A DNA stretch of 31,568 nt from an uncultured Eubacteriales bacterium. GTDB taxonomy: Bacteria; Bacillota; Clostridia; Lachnospirales; Lachnospiraceae. The translations under genes were made by a program, and so were the position numbers. Below the pieces are notes generated by a model that was not told the origin of the DNA, searched no databases, and saw nothing but the letters and a program-made list of their open reading frames with translations. Positions 17,971 through 28,794 of this stretch are shown piece by piece (positions within the stretch are counted from its first letter, which is position 1; every line of letters begins with the position of its first letter). Where the stretch lies: assembly GCA_900321525.1 (NCBI GenBank), contig ONWL01000001.1:1-31568 (forward strand), written 5' to 3'.

Positions 17971-18912
17971 ATGAGTATTATCAATAAGATTACCAGTATC
18001 GAACAGGCAGTGGAAGTAGATGAAACTTTAAAGGAACGCAGCACACATGGTTCTTTTGAATTGCCCATCGAAACTTACATGGACAATTGTGTCATTTACC
18101 ACTCTCTTTATACCCACTGGCATGAGGAGATGGAGATTATCTATATAGAAAAAGGAAGCGGTTTTGCCCGTCTAAATGCAGAAACCTTCCGCATTAAAAA
18201 GGGAGATCTGCTGTTTATCAACTGTAACGTAGTACACAACATCAAGACGGATGTGATGAATACCCTCTATTATAAGAGCATTGTGTTCCATCCTAATTTC
18301 CTGCTGGGACAGGCAGGCGACCGTTTTCAGGAACGAGTCGTTGCCCCTCTGATGGAAAACCGGCTGGGCATTACTCCGCTGATCACTCCGGCTGATTTGC
18401 ATTATGGACAGATCTGTGGTCTGTTTACTCAGATTTATAACTGCTACAGTTTGAAGGAGCCATACTATTATGTGCTGTTAAAGTCTCTGTTCTATTCCTT
18501 GTTCTATGAGATGATGACTGATAACTATATCATCCCTTCTACACCGGAACAGACCAAAAACCTGCTGGTCATTCGTGATGTACTGGACTATATCAGCCAA
18601 CACTATCAGGAACCTTTGCGGGCAGAAGAGCTGACTGCACGTACCAATTACAGTGAAAGCTATTTTATGAAAATTTTCAAGCAGTATACTGGCAAGACCT
18701 TGATCTCGTATATCAATGATTACCGTTTGGAGCAAGCCAAATCACTTCTTCTTTACACGGATAATTCTGTCACAGAAATTGCATTACAGGTTGGTTTTAA
18801 CAGTACCAGTTACTTCATTAAAAAGTTTCAGGAAGCAAACCATATCTCTCCATATAAATTTAAGAGAGCCAGTGGAGAACATTCCGAATGGTTAGAGCAG
18901 TCTGGATTGTAA
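17971..18912 (+). CDS. AraC-family transcriptional regulator with cupin sensor domain, 313 aa
   Basis: HWHEEMEIIY cupin motif; YFMKIFKQYTGKT...EIALQVGFNSTSYFIKKF HTH. Confidence 0.9.
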   Translation: MSIINKITSIEQAVEVDETLKERSTHGSFELPIETYMDNCVIYHSLYTHWHEEMEIIYIEKGSGFARLNAETFRIKKGDLLFINCNVVHNIKTDVMNTLYYKSIVFHPNFLLGQAGDRFQERVVAPLMENRLGITPLITPADLHYGQICGLFTQIYNCYSLKEPYYYVLLKSLFYSLFYEMMTDNYIIPSTPEQTKNLLVIRDVLDYISQHYQEPLRAEELTARTNYSESYFMKIFKQYTGKTLISYINDYRLEQAKSLLLYTDNSVTEIALQVGFNSTSYFIKKFQEANHISPYKFKRASGEHSEWLEQSGL

Positions 18913-19058
18913 TCTCAATTTTGTTTAATTTGTTTCCAAAACTTAATCGGTTTTTCTCAAAATTGTAACAAAAAAGAACATGTTTGTTATATTTTATCTG
19001 TGCCATACATGATATTCTCTAATCACAAGGCTATGGCGAATATACAGGAGGTAATGAA

Positions 19059-21323
19059 ATGAAATCTTTCGCAAATACAATTGAATCTTTATTCCACAAG
19101 GATTGTGCAGCCTGTAGCAACGAAGAGTTGTATGCTGCACTGCTGACCTACACCAAAGGTCTGTTACAAGACAAAGGCTATCAGGAGGGCAAGAAGAAAA
19201 TCTATTATATCTCTGCTGAGTTCCTGATTGGAAAACTGCTTTCCAACAACTTGATCAATTTAGGCATTTATGACGAGATTGCCGCATATCTGAACGCAAA
19301 CGGAAAATCTCTTGCTGAAATTGAAGAGGTAGAATTAGAGCCATCTCTGGGAAATGGCGGTCTTGGAAGACTGGCTGCTTGTTTTCTGGATTCCATCGCC
19401 ACTCTGGGACTGCCTGGAGACGGTATCGGTCTGAATTACCACTTAGGTCTGTTTAAGCAGAAATTCCAAGACAACTTACAGCGTGAAACTCCAAACCCAT
19501 GGATCACTGCTGAAAATTGCTGGCTCAATCCAACTACCGTTTCCTACACTGTACCATTCAAGGGATTTTCTTTACAGTCCAAACTGTATGACATTGATGT
19601 AGCCGGTTACGACAACAAGTCCATCCGTCTGCGTCTCTTCGATTTCGAGGCAGTAGATGAAAATATGGTAGAGGATGGCATTTCCTTTAACAAAAAGGAT
19701 ATCCTGCACAACCTGACCCTGTTCTTATATCCGGATGACAGTGACAGCGATGGTCAGAAACTGCGTATTTACCAGCAGTATTTCATGGTCAGCAACGCAG
19801 CACAGCTGATTTTGGATGAAGCAATTGCAAAGGGTTCTAACCTGCACGACCTGGCAGATTATGCAGTGGTACAGATCAACGATACCCACCCAAGTATGAT
19901 CATCCCAGAATTCATCCGCCTGTTGACAGAAAGAGGCATCGCATTTGAAGAAGCATGTCAGATCGTATCTCATGTATGTGCGTATACCAATCATACCATT
20001 CTGGCAGAAGCATTGGAGAAATGGCCAAGTCACTACTTAAACGAAGTGGTTCCACATCTGGTACCAATTATCCGCCAGTTAGATGCTCGCATTAAGGCCC
20101 AGTATCCACAGGAAAATGTGGCCATCATCGACAAGAACGATGTGATTCACATGGCACACATGGATATTCACTATGGTTTCTCCATCAACGGTGTTGCCGC
20201 ACTGCATACCGATATTTTGAAGAATTCCGAATTAAAGGCATTCTATGAGATCTATCCGGAGAAGTTCAATAACAAGACCAACGGTATCACTTTCAGAAGA
20301 TGGTTACTGCACTGCAACCACGGTCTGGCAGACCTGATCACTTCTCTCATTGGAGATGGATATAAGAAAGATGCAGCTGAGTTAGAAAAGCTGTTGTTAT
20401 ACAGAGATCAGGAATCTGATGAAGTATTAGAGAAGCTGTTACAGATTAAGACTGATGCCAAGAAGGTATGCAAGAAGTTCATCCTGTCCAATACCGGTGT
20501 GGAAATTGATGAGAACAGTATCTTCGATATTCAGGTAAAGCGTCTCCATGAGTATAAGAGACAGCAGTTAAATGCGCTGTACATTATTTATAAATATTTA
20601 GACATCAAGCGTGGCAATCGTCCTTCTACCCCCATCACCTTTATCTTTGGTGCAAAGGCTGCTCCTGCTTATGTCATTGCAAAGGATATCATCCACTTAC
20701 TGCTCACATTGCAGCAGCTGATCGCAAACGATCCGGAAGTGGCTCCTTACATAAAGCTTGTTATGGTAGAGAATTACAATGTCAGCGCAGCTGAAAAACT
20801 GATTCCTGCCTGCGATATTTCCGAACAGATTTCCCTGGCTTCTAAAGAAGCTTCCGGTACCGGTAACATGAAGTTTATGTTAAATGGTGCGCTGACTCTG
20901 GGTACTATGGATGGCGCCAACGTAGAAATCTGCGAACTGGTAGGTCAGGAAAACATCTATATCTTTGGTGAAAGCAGTGATGCTGTCATCGAACATTATG
21001 CAAAGGGTGACTACAATGCAAGAAGCATTTATGAGTCTGATGCCCGTATCAAAGAGTGTGTAGACTTCATCGTCAGCGATGCTCTGCTGGCTCTGGGTCA
21101 TGAAGAAAACCTGTTCCGTCTGCACAACGAACTGGTCAACAAAGACTGGTTCATGACCTTGTTAGACTTCAACGGTTATGCTGCCGTAAAGGATCAGATG
21201 TTAGAAGACTATGCAGACAGAAAGACTTGGGCAAAGAAGATGCTTGTAAACATCGCCAAGGCCGGATTCTTCTCTTCCGACCGTACCATCGCCCAGTACA
21301 ATACTGATATTTGGAAATTATAA
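19059..21323 (+). CDS. malP: Glycogen/maltodextrin phosphorylase (GT35), 754 aa
   Basis: [85 protein letters not shown] (PLP lysine), FSSDRTI. Confidence 0.96.
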   Translation: MKSFANTIESLFHKDCAACSNEELYAALLTYTKGLLQDKGYQEGKKKIYYISAEFLIGKLLSNNLINLGIYDEIAAYLNANGKSLAEIEEVELEPSLGNGGLGRLAACFLDSIATLGLPGDGIGLNYHLGLFKQKFQDNLQRETPNPWITAENCWLNPTTVSYTVPFKGFSLQSKLYDIDVAGYDNKSIRLRLFDFEAVDENMVEDGISFNKKDILHNLTLFLYPDDSDSDGQKLRIYQQYFMVSNAAQLILDEAIAKGSNLHDLADYAVVQINDTHPSMIIPEFIRLLTERGIAFEEACQIVSHVCAYTNHTILAEALEKWPSHYLNEVVPHLVPIIRQLDARIKAQYPQENVAIIDKNDVIHMAHMDIHYGFSINGVAALHTDILKNSELKAFYEIYPEKFNNKTNGITFRRWLLHCNHGLADLITSLIGDGYKKDAAELEKLLLYRDQESDEVLEKLLQIKTDAKKVCKKFILSNTGVEIDENSIFDIQVKRLHEYKRQQLNALYIIYKYLDIKRGNRPSTPITFIFGAKAAPAYVIAKDIIHLLLTLQQLIANDPEVAPYIKLVMVENYNVSAAEKLIPACDISEQISLASKEASGTGNMKFMLNGALTLGTMDGANVEICELVGQENIYIFGESSDAVIEHYAKGDYNARSIYESDARIKECVDFIVSDALLALGHEENLFRLHNELVNKDWFMTLLDFNGYAAVKDQMLEDYADRKTWAKKMLVNIAKAGFFSSDRTIAQYNTDIWKL

Positions 21324-21352
21324 TAAATTTGTTTGTTTTTTCCTTGTTGCCG

Positions 21353-21390
21353 CAAAGGCCCTCACGGTTCCGTGAGGGTCTTTGTGTTTT
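21353..21390. terminator. Bidirectional terminator between convergent genes
   Basis: CAAAGGCCCTCACGG/CCGTGAGGGTCTTTG hairpin followed by TGTTTT. Confidence 0.85.
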
Positions 21391-21823
21391 ATAAATAGGG
21401 TCGAAGTTCAAACAAAAGCTTCGTCTCAATCTCAATCAGACTTTCTGCCAGTTTTTTTGCTTCCCCATCCGCAGTAGGATACTGATTCAAATATTTACAG
21501 ATGGAACGAATGCCCATATTGCAGCCATCGTGAATCAATGCCGCCGCGGTAGAATCCCCCGGCATCATCCGCATTTTCATCTCAATCTTACATTTGCTCA
21601 TCAACCGTGCACAAGGGTGAGGGTCTTTCTCCTCACTGCCATCCTGATTCAGCAATAGATTGGCACGGTTTCCCACTTCCTTATGTTTTTGCAGGGAATC
21701 CTTCAGAATCATCTTGAACTTTTGATTTTTCACCTGTTTCATGACACGCTCTATGCTGTTACAGCCGGTCTTCACCCCTGCATTGCATTCTCGCAACAAT
21801 CTAACTGTATCTTCTCTTGCCAT
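21389..21823 (-). CDS. Conserved clostridial hypothetical protein, predicted helical (possibly ferritin-like bundle), 144 aa
   Basis: Strong RBS GGAGGA; EDTVRLLRECNAGVK...DGCNMGIRSICKYLNQY pattern recalled from uncharacterised Clostridia proteins. Confidence 0.75.
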   Translation of the reverse strand: MAREDTVRLLRECNAGVKTGCNSIERVMKQVKNQKFKMILKDSLQKHKEVGNRANLLLNQDGSEEKDPHPCARLMSKCKIEMKMRMMPGDSTAAALIHDGCNMGIRSICKYLNQYPTADGEAKKLAESLIEIETKLLFELRPYL

Positions 21824-21885
21824 ACCATTCCTCCATTTGAGTGACTCCTAAACAGTTACAATCCATGTTTCAATCCATGCAGGTT

Positions 21886-21915
21886 TAGTATGCACAAAAA
21901 TACCGTCTTTTATAC
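21886..21915 (-). promoter_or_regulatory. Sigma-G-like (forespore) promoter
   Basis: Minus strand GTATA-N18-CATACTA fits GHATR-N17/18-CATAcTA; the -35 overlaps the degV stop codon. Confidence 0.6.
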
Positions 21916-22791
21916 AATTTCATACTTGGGCATCACTCCAATGCCAAGAGGATAGGATCCGGTGTGTACCGCAGACGCGATGCCGATCTGGTCACCAATA
22001 TGAACACAGGTCACGCCCAGTTCCTGCTCCACTGTCTGAATAAAAGCTTTGCCCTCCTCCACATCATATCCATATCCTACACAAAATGTATAATCCTCCT
22101 TGTTCAGGTGATTGTCCCCGAAGAACTTTTTACAGCTTTGCAGGGCAAGTGCCACAGACTTCTTTCTGGTACGTGCCACTCCACCCAATGTCACTTCCCC
22201 ATTGTTTAGCACAATAATGGGACGAATGCCCAGCTTATCCCCTGCCAGCACCGCCAGCTTGCCGATTCTACCATTTTTCTTCATATATTCCAGAGAACCA
22301 ATTGTAAAGAAGATTCTGGACATGCTGCGCATTTTCAACAGCTTCTCCACTGCCACATCAAATGGCACTCCATCATCCCTCATCCGCACCGCTTCATTCA
22401 CATACAAACCCTGTTCTACTGTATTCTGCAAAGAATCAATGACCGCAATCTGTGCATCCGGATACTCTTCTAACAGCACCTCTTTCGCCATACGGGCAGA
22501 ATTATAGCAGCCACTGAGATGGGTGGATATGGTCATCATCACCACAGGTTCCCCTGCCGCTACAAAAGGTCTGCATACATCCGCAAAATCCTCCACCGAT
22601 GCCAGAGAAGTCTTGGGATACACATGCTCCTCCACCATCAGACGATACAACTCCCGTTCCTTCATCTCTACTCTGTCTTTCAGGTAATGAACCCCGTCCA
22701 CTGTTACATATAGCGGCACCAAGGTCACGTCATGTTCCTGAATATATGCATCTGCCAGATCACAGGCACTGTCACTGATAATATGAAACAT
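21910..22791 (-). CDS. degV: DegV-family fatty-acid-binding protein, 293 aa
   Basis: IISDSACDL, STHLSGCYNSA, VIDS, KNGRIG, VHTG. Confidence 0.92.
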   Translation of the reverse strand: MFHIISDSACDLADAYIQEHDVTLVPLYVTVDGVHYLKDRVEMKERELYRLMVEEHVYPKTSLASVEDFADVCRPFVAAGEPVVMMTISTHLSGCYNSARMAKEVLLEEYPDAQIAVIDSLQNTVEQGLYVNEAVRMRDDGVPFDVAVEKLLKMRSMSRIFFTIGSLEYMKKNGRIGKLAVLAGDKLGIRPIIVLNNGEVTLGGVARTRKKSVALALQSCKKFFGDNHLNKEDYTFCVGYGYDVEEGKAFIQTVEQELGVTCVHIGDQIGIASAVHTGSYPLGIGVMPKYEIV

Positions 22792-22895
22792 CGTTTATTC
22801 CTCCATTCTGAAACCCATATATTTTGATCATTTCAGTAACTGTTCCATATCTTCACAGTTACTCATTTCAAATGAATTTTCATTTCAGTCCTTTC

Positions 22896-22924
22896 ATTAT
22901 AACACATGGTTTCCAAAACCACAA
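22896..22924 (-). promoter_or_regulatory. Sigma-A promoter for degV
   Basis: TTGTGG-N17-TATAAT with an extended TG. Confidence 0.55.
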
Positions 22925-22966
22925 TAAGTCGTTTTGGATAGAACACATATAAAAAAGTGGAATAGC

Positions 22967-23008
22967 AAAATCCCCTTTCACACAAACCATCATGTGTGAA
23001 AGGGGATT
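22967..23008 (-). terminator. Terminator after glnA
   Basis: Perfect 16-bp stem AATCCCCTTTCACACA/TGTGTGAAAGGGGATT adjoining the stop codon, with a U run on the minus strand. Confidence 0.85.
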
Positions 23009-23011
23009 CTT

Positions 23012-25108
23012 TTATACTCCGAAAAGCAGGTCGGTATAGGAAGGATATGGCCAATACTTTGCGGCTGTCTCCTTTTCCATACTGTCTCCGATTTTTCTCA
23101 GCTCCTGCATCTTCTCAAAAATGTGCACTCTGCTGTAATATGCCCGTTCCAGATTGTCTTCCAGCCTGGAGGCCTGCTCCACTGCCTCTTCCAGTTCGGC
23201 AGTCTTTTCACAGAAAGCAACCAGCTGATTGGAAAGACCGGTGATTAGGTTTTCCTCTACAGATGTGGGAATCGATGCGGAAAGTGCCTTTTTCGCCAGA
23301 GCCGCATCGGTCAATTCTTTCACAAATGCGGTCACAGCAGGTGTAATATTTTTCTTGGCCATCTCAATCATAGTGCAGGCTTCAATGTTCATTTGGTTGT
23401 TGTATTCACTCAGATTGATCTCATACCGTGCCCGGAATTCCTGCTCTGACATAATGTTGTGCTTCACAAACAACTCCACATTCTTCTGATCCATAAAATG
23501 GCTGTATGCTTCCGGAAGAGAATGAAAATTGTATAACCCTCTTCTTTCCGCCTCTTTCATCCATTCTTCTGAATAATTGTCCCCATTGAAGATAATATTC
23601 TGATGGTCTGTGAATGTTTTCTTGATCAATGCTTTCACTGCATCCATCCGGTCTGTTTCTGAAACGTCTTTCAACTCTTCATAAAACTGACACAGCTCTT
23701 CCGCAACCATTGTATTCAGCATATAATTTGGACACGCAATATTCAATGCGGATCCCAGTGCACGGAATTCAAATTTATTGCCTGTAAATGCAAATGGAGA
23801 GGTTCTGTTTCTGTCAGACGTATCCTTCTTGAAATCCGCAAGTACATCCACGCCGGTGTACATCTTTGTCTTTCCTTCACTCTTGTATGAAACGCCGTCA
23901 ATGATAGACTGTACCAAAGCACCCAGATCATCCCCCAAATACATGGAAATGATGGCAGGTGGTGCCTCATTGGCACCCAAACGATGATCATTTCCTGCGG
24001 AAGCCACTGTAATGCGCAGCAGATCCTGATATTCATGGACCGCTTTCACAATGGCCGCAAGGAACAGCTGGAACTGTAAGTTGTCTTCCGGATGACTGCC
24101 GGGACTTAAGAGATTCTCCCCTGTATCAGTGGTGATGGACCAGTTGTCATGCTTTCCGGAACCATTCACTCCGGCAAAGGGCTTTTCATGGAGCAGACAA
24201 ACCAGATCATGCTTTTCTGCAATCTTTTTCATCACTTCCATCATCAGCTCATTGTGGTCTGTTGCAATATTGGAAGTGGAAAAAATAGGTGCCAGTTCAT
24301 GCTGGGATGGTGCCACTTCATTGTGCTTGGTTTTGGCAAGAACGCCCAACTTCCAGAGTTCTTCATCCAAATCTCTCATGTATTCCGAAACTCTTGTCTT
24401 AATCACGCCAAAATAGTGATCATCCAGTTCCTGTCCCTTTGGAGCCATTGCACCAAACAGTGTTCTTCCAGTCAATTTCAGATCCACCCGCTGCTCATAC
24501 AGGCTCTTATCAATCAGGAAATATTCCTGCTCCGCACCTACTGTTGTGATCACACGCTTCACATCTGTCTTTCCCAGAAGATGCAGCACTTTCACCGCCT
24601 GCTCACTTAACCGTTCCATGGAACGAAGCAGCGGTGTCTTCTTATCCAGCACTTCTCCTGTATAAGAACAAAATGCAGTCGGAATATAAAGAGAGCCATC
24701 TTTGATAAATGCCGGTGAAGTAGGATCCCATGTGGTATATCCTCTGGCCTCAAAAGTAGCTCTGATTCCACCGCTTGGGAAAGAGGATGCGTCCGGCTCT
24801 CCCTTGATCAACTCTTTGCCTGAAAACTCCATGATGACCTGCCCGTCACCACTTGGGACAATAAAACTGTCATGCTTTTCTGCCGTCACACCGGTCATGG
24901 GCTGGAACCAGTGGGTGAAATGGGTACATCCCTTTTCCACTGCCCAGTCTTTCATGGCATTGGCCACTACATTTGCAATGCTGATATCCAACGCCTCACC
25001 ATTTTCAACGGTCTTTTTCAACGCTTTATAAGTAGCCTGGGGAAGCCGCTCCTGCATGACAGCATCATTAAACACCATACTTCCAAACATTTCCGGTACC
25101 TTACTCAT
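23012..25108 (-). CDS. glnA: Glutamine synthetase type III, 698 aa
   Basis: [72 protein letters not shown]. Start reset to 25108 behind GGAGG. Confidence 0.96.
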   Translation of the reverse strand: MSKVPEMFGSMVFNDAVMQERLPQATYKALKKTVENGEALDISIANVVANAMKDWAVEKGCTHFTHWFQPMTGVTAEKHDSFIVPSGDGQVIMEFSGKELIKGEPDASSFPSGGIRATFEARGYTTWDPTSPAFIKDGSLYIPTAFCSYTGEVLDKKTPLLRSMERLSEQAVKVLHLLGKTDVKRVITTVGAEQEYFLIDKSLYEQRVDLKLTGRTLFGAMAPKGQELDDHYFGVIKTRVSEYMRDLDEELWKLGVLAKTKHNEVAPSQHELAPIFSTSNIATDHNELMMEVMKKIAEKHDLVCLLHEKPFAGVNGSGKHDNWSITTDTGENLLSPGSHPEDNLQFQLFLAAIVKAVHEYQDLLRITVASAGNDHRLGANEAPPAIISMYLGDDLGALVQSIIDGVSYKSEGKTKMYTGVDVLADFKKDTSDRNRTSPFAFTGNKFEFRALGSALNIACPNYMLNTMVAEELCQFYEELKDVSETDRMDAVKALIKKTFTDHQNIIFNGDNYSEEWMKEAERRGLYNFHSLPEAYSHFMDQKNVELFVKHNIMSEQEFRARYEINLSEYNNQMNIEACTMIEMAKKNITPAVTAFVKELTDAALAKKALSASIPTSVEENLITGLSNQLVAFCEKTAELEEAVEQASRLEDNLERAYYSRVHIFEKMQELRKIGDSMEKETAAKYWPYPSYTDLLFGV

Positions 25109-25321
25109 CTTCAATCCTCCACTTTCTAATTTTAACTCTAAAATCATCTGCACAGTTTTTACTGTGTATTAAGAAAAGAATTCTGCATGTTTTATATCAT
25201 CTTTCCATAAGCATATTGTCTCTGGAAAATGTTCCTACCTTCCTTTTGGCAAAACTCCTCTGTAAAACAAAAAACACGCTCTATATCCAAATTTTGATGC
25301 AAAGTGTTGATTTACAATTGG

Positions 25322-25993
25322 CTAGAACACCATATGGTTTCGATAAATTCCCTGCTCCAACTCTTCCATCCACTGATCCATGCTGAAATAGCGGTAGTCA
25401 AACAGTTTTACAATCAGACCGTAATTTTCTCCATCCCCTGCCACTGCATTGGCCTCGTCTGTGTCCACATGCATGGCAAGCTTGAAACTCTTATCAATCC
25501 GCACCACCACATCCGCAAAGATCAGATAGCGCTCATAGCTTTTTGCCACCACGCAGACAATGTCGTTGTCATGCACTTGAAAGCGGATGGCATCTGTAGG
25601 TGTCATATGAATGTGCCGCTTTGCCACGATCACCCCTTCTGAGAGGGTCACCTGCCGCTCTCCTGCCCGTAACATACAACCTGGTGTATCTGTAATATCA
25701 CCGGACTGGCGAATCACTCCCGGGATCCCCAGTTTTCTGGCATCGGTCTGAGATACTTCCACCTGAGAACTTTTCCGAAGGGGTCCCAGCACACCTACAT
25801 TTTCAAAGGTACCCTTTGGACCTACGATGGTCACCCGCTCTTCGGAAAGATACTGTCCCGGCTGGCTCAAATATTTCTTCGGGGTAGGTCTGGCCCCTCT
25901 TCCAAATAGTGCTTCAAAATCTTCTTTACACAGATGTACATGTCTGGCAGAAGTTTCAATGGGAATCCGCATTCTGCTTGTTACATTTTCCAT
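25322..25993 (-). CDS. pduL: PduL-family phosphate acyltransferase (phosphotransacylase), 223 aa
   Basis: SARHVHL, LSQPGQY, VGPKG, VLGPLR..SQVEVSQTDA, RHIHMT, MHVDTDEANA. Start reset to 25993. Confidence 0.92.
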   Translation of the reverse strand: MENVTSRMRIPIETSARHVHLCKEDFEALFGRGARPTPKKYLSQPGQYLSEERVTIVGPKGTFENVGVLGPLRKSSQVEVSQTDARKLGIPGVIRQSGDITDTPGCMLRAGERQVTLSEGVIVAKRHIHMTPTDAIRFQVHDNDIVCVVAKSYERYLIFADVVVRIDKSFKLAMHVDTDEANAVAGDGENYGLIVKLFDYRYFSMDQWMEELEQGIYRNHMVF

Positions 25994-26016
25994 GTTTCTT
26001 TTCCTTTTTTGTATGA

Positions 26017-26955
26017 TCATTCCTGGCAAAGGAACAGCAGTTCTTCCCAACGCTTATCTACCTCTGCCTGGAAGGCCTCGATGAGATGTTCATTGCCTGG
26101 CTTAAACAAGTGCTTGAATCTACCCTGTCTCTTTAAGAAGTCCTCTAATGGCAGTTTGTTCTTTGGCTTGTAGCTTAAAATCCACTTGCCATCAATGACC
26201 TCGAACAATGGCCAGTAACAGGTCTCTACCGCAGATTTACAGATTTCCACCAGATCCCCTGTCTCATATCTCCATCCACGAGGACATGGGGCAAGCACAT
26301 TTAAGAATGCGGCTCCTGGTGTATAGATGGCCTTTTCTGCCTTGGTGTACAGATCCTTCATGTTGCCGATGAAGGTGGTCTGTCCCACATATGGGATATG
26401 GTGAGCTGCCATAATCTGTGCCAGATCTTTTCTGGTTTGTGGCTTGCCGTTGGACACCTTACCTGCCGGAGTGGTGGTGGTATCTGCATAAGTCGGAGTG
26501 GCAGAAGAACGCTGGATACCGGTATTCATATATGCGCCATTGTCATAGCACACATATACCATATCATGTCCACGCTCCATGGCACCGGAAAGAGACTGCA
26601 AACCGATGTCGTATGTACCGCCGTCACCGCCAAATGTGATGAACTTATAGGTATCGTCAATCTTGCCTTTTTTCTTCAAGGCACGATAGGCGGTTTCCGC
26701 TCCTGCAAGTGTTGCACCTGCATTGGCAAACGCAGTATGGATGTAACTGTCCTCATATGCAGTATAGGGATACATGAAAGTAGAAACTTCCAGACATCCG
26801 GTGGCATTGCCGATGACAGCCTTATCACCCGGATGCAGTGCTTTCAGTACATTTCTGGTTGCAATGGTACCGCCGCATCCGGCACACATTCTATGTCCCG
26901 GTGCAAGACGATCTTCCCGATTCTGTATTTCTTTGAAATTAAATGTCTGTTCCAT
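26017..26955 (-). CDS. porB: 2-oxoacid (pyruvate-type):ferredoxin oxidoreductase beta subunit, TPP-binding
   Basis: GHRMCAGC, NATGCLEV, GGDGGTYDIG, YDNGAYMNTGIQRS, APCPRGW. Start 26955 fits RBS spacing. Confidence 0.92.
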   Translation of the reverse strand: MEQTFNFKEIQNREDRLAPGHRMCAGCGGTIATRNVLKALHPGDKAVIGNATGCLEVSTFMYPYTAYEDSYIHTAFANAGATLAGAETAYRALKKKGKIDDTYKFITFGGDGGTYDIGLQSLSGAMERGHDMVYVCYDNGAYMNTGIQRSSATPTYADTTTTPAGKVSNGKPQTRKDLAQIMAAHHIPYVGQTTFIGNMKDLYTKAEKAIYTPGAAFLNVLAPCPRGWRYETGDLVEICKSAVETCYWPLFEVIDGKWILSYKPKNKLPLEDFLKRQGRFKHLFKPGNEHLIEAFQAEVDKRWEELLFLCQE

Positions 26956-26974
26956 GTTCATTCCTCCGATCCCA

Positions 26975-28186
26975 TCACTCTCTCAGGCCCATGTACTGAT
27001 AGGTCTCATATGCCGCCCCCTCTGCAATCTGCTGCATCTGGGCATACAAGCTTTCGATATCCTCTACTTGTACATCACGACCGGACAAACCGTATAATAC
27101 ATTGAATGCTTCTGCCTGATTCTTGGCTCTGTATAATGCTGCCATCACATCTGCTGCCAGAGGACCTCCCTGTGCGCTGTAACCTTCACAACGATCCATG
27201 ATGGCGATGACTTTTGCATTCTGCAATGCAATTGCAATCTCTTCTGCCGGGAATGGACGGAATACTCTGACCTTTAACAGACCAGCCTTGATTCCCCTGG
27301 CACGAAGTGCCCGGATGGCTTCCTTGATGGTACCGCAGGCACTGCCGATTGCCACACAGACATACTCTGCATCCTCTAATTCATACCCCTCGAAAAAGCC
27401 ATAACTTCTGCCGGACATCTCACCAAATTGCTTTCCTACCTCTAAGATCACGTCTTTGGCACGCTTCATCGCTTCTGCCTGTGCCTTTTTTGCCTCCATA
27501 CAGTACTTGGACACTGCATAAGGTCCTACTGCCATGGTCTCATCCTTCTTTAACAGGTAATGCTCCGGCTCAAACTCCCCGGCAAATGCCTTTACCGGCT
27601 CATCCGGCAGCAGAGTGATATTTTCCACTGCATGGCTGGTGATAAACCCATCCTGACAGATCATCACCGGCAGCATCACATCCTTATGCTCTGCAATGGG
27701 GTAAGCCTGGATAAAGTTATCATATACTTCCTGATTATTCTCTGCATAAATCTGAATCCAGCCGGAATCTCTCGCTCCCATACTGTCAGAATGGTCTGCA
27801 TTGATGTTAATAGGACCGGTCAAAGCACGGTTGACCACTGCCATGACGATAGGCAAACGGTCAGACGCTGCCACATACAACATCTCCCACATATAAGCCA
27901 GACCACAGGAAGATGTAGCGGTCAATGTTCTGGCACCTGCCGCAGATGCTCCCATAGCCGCACTCATGGAACTGTGCTCACTTTCTACCGGAATAAACTC
28001 TGTATCAATGACCCCGTTGGAAATCATGGTTGCCACAAACTGCGGGATTTCTGTGGATGGTGTAATGGGGAATGCCGGCATCACATCCGGATTGATCTGA
28101 CGAATTGCATTGGCTACCGCTTCATTCCCAGACATTCTGTCCGGGATACCGGCAACCGGTTCTGTATATAAACGATTCTCTGACAT
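26975..28186 (-). CDS. porA: 2-oxoacid:ferredoxin oxidoreductase alpha subunit, 403 aa
   Basis: SGNEAVA, FPITPSTE, VESEHSSMS, TATSSCGLAYM, NRAL, DGFITSH, KVRVFRPFP. Start reset to 28186. Confidence 0.92.
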   Translation of the reverse strand: MSENRLYTEPVAGIPDRMSGNEAVANAIRQINPDVMPAFPITPSTEIPQFVATMISNGVIDTEFIPVESEHSSMSAAMGASAAGARTLTATSSCGLAYMWEMLYVAASDRLPIVMAVVNRALTGPININADHSDSMGARDSGWIQIYAENNQEVYDNFIQAYPIAEHKDVMLPVMICQDGFITSHAVENITLLPDEPVKAFAGEFEPEHYLLKKDETMAVGPYAVSKYCMEAKKAQAEAMKRAKDVILEVGKQFGEMSGRSYGFFEGYELEDAEYVCVAIGSACGTIKEAIRALRARGIKAGLLKVRVFRPFPAEEIAIALQNAKVIAIMDRCEGYSAQGGPLAADVMAALYRAKNQAEAFNVLYGLSGRDVQVEDIESLYAQMQQIAEGAAYETYQYMGLRE

Positions 28187-28327
28187 ACTATTTCCTTTCT
28201 CTTTCTCATGTACCCAGACAATTGGGAAACTATGAAACCGAACGCCTTTCATCAGAAATTTTAATGTGCAGGCTGTTTTGGTTCAATTCAAAAAAGTTTC
28301 GCAATCACCTGTCTGATATACCGCTGC

Positions 28328-28630
28328 TTACTGGCCTTCTCTCATGGAGATTGCCTTAAATGGACAGGCCTTGACGCAAATGCCGCAGCCTTTGCAGTGA
28401 TCCAGATCAAAGTCTTTGCGTTTCTTATCCTCTACCGGAATGGAACTGTCCGGACAGTATGGAACACACAGCAGACACTGCTTGCATTTTTCCTGATCCC
28501 ACACTGGAGTCTCCGTTCTCCACTCACCGGTGCAAAACTGCTTGGATGTACCCGGTTCAAAAATCTTCAATCCTTCTGTCAAATCCTGCCATCTGACAGA
28601 CTCATTTATCTCGGAAGCCTTTAATGCCAT
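28328..28630 (-). CDS. porD: 2-oxoacid:ferredoxin oxidoreductase delta subunit (two [4Fe-4S] clusters), 100 aa
   Basis: CKQCLLCVPYCP and CKGCGICVKACP; TGEWRTETPVWD. Confidence 0.92.
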   Translation of the reverse strand: MALKASEINESVRWQDLTEGLKIFEPGTSKQFCTGEWRTETPVWDQEKCKQCLLCVPYCPDSSIPVEDKKRKDFDLDHCKGCGICVKACPFKAISMREGQ

Positions 28631-28794
28631 ATCTGTACCTCTTTCTGCTTTCTGCGTCCAATCTATATTCGTCTTTACAGCCGATTTTCTCAGGGCGTTA
28701 TGAAATCCATTTCCTTAAACTGGTTCAATTCTCTCATAATACCCACTGCATTTCCTGACAGGCAGGGACGCCGTATGCCTGTCTCATGTCTGTT

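Noticed and set aside
25220-25300. ANTAR dual-hairpin motif upstream of GSIII
   Set aside because: One AC-AGAGGA-GT hexaloop-like hairpin is plausible, but the second has no proper hexaloop, no clear terminator follows, and no ANTAR gene is in the window.
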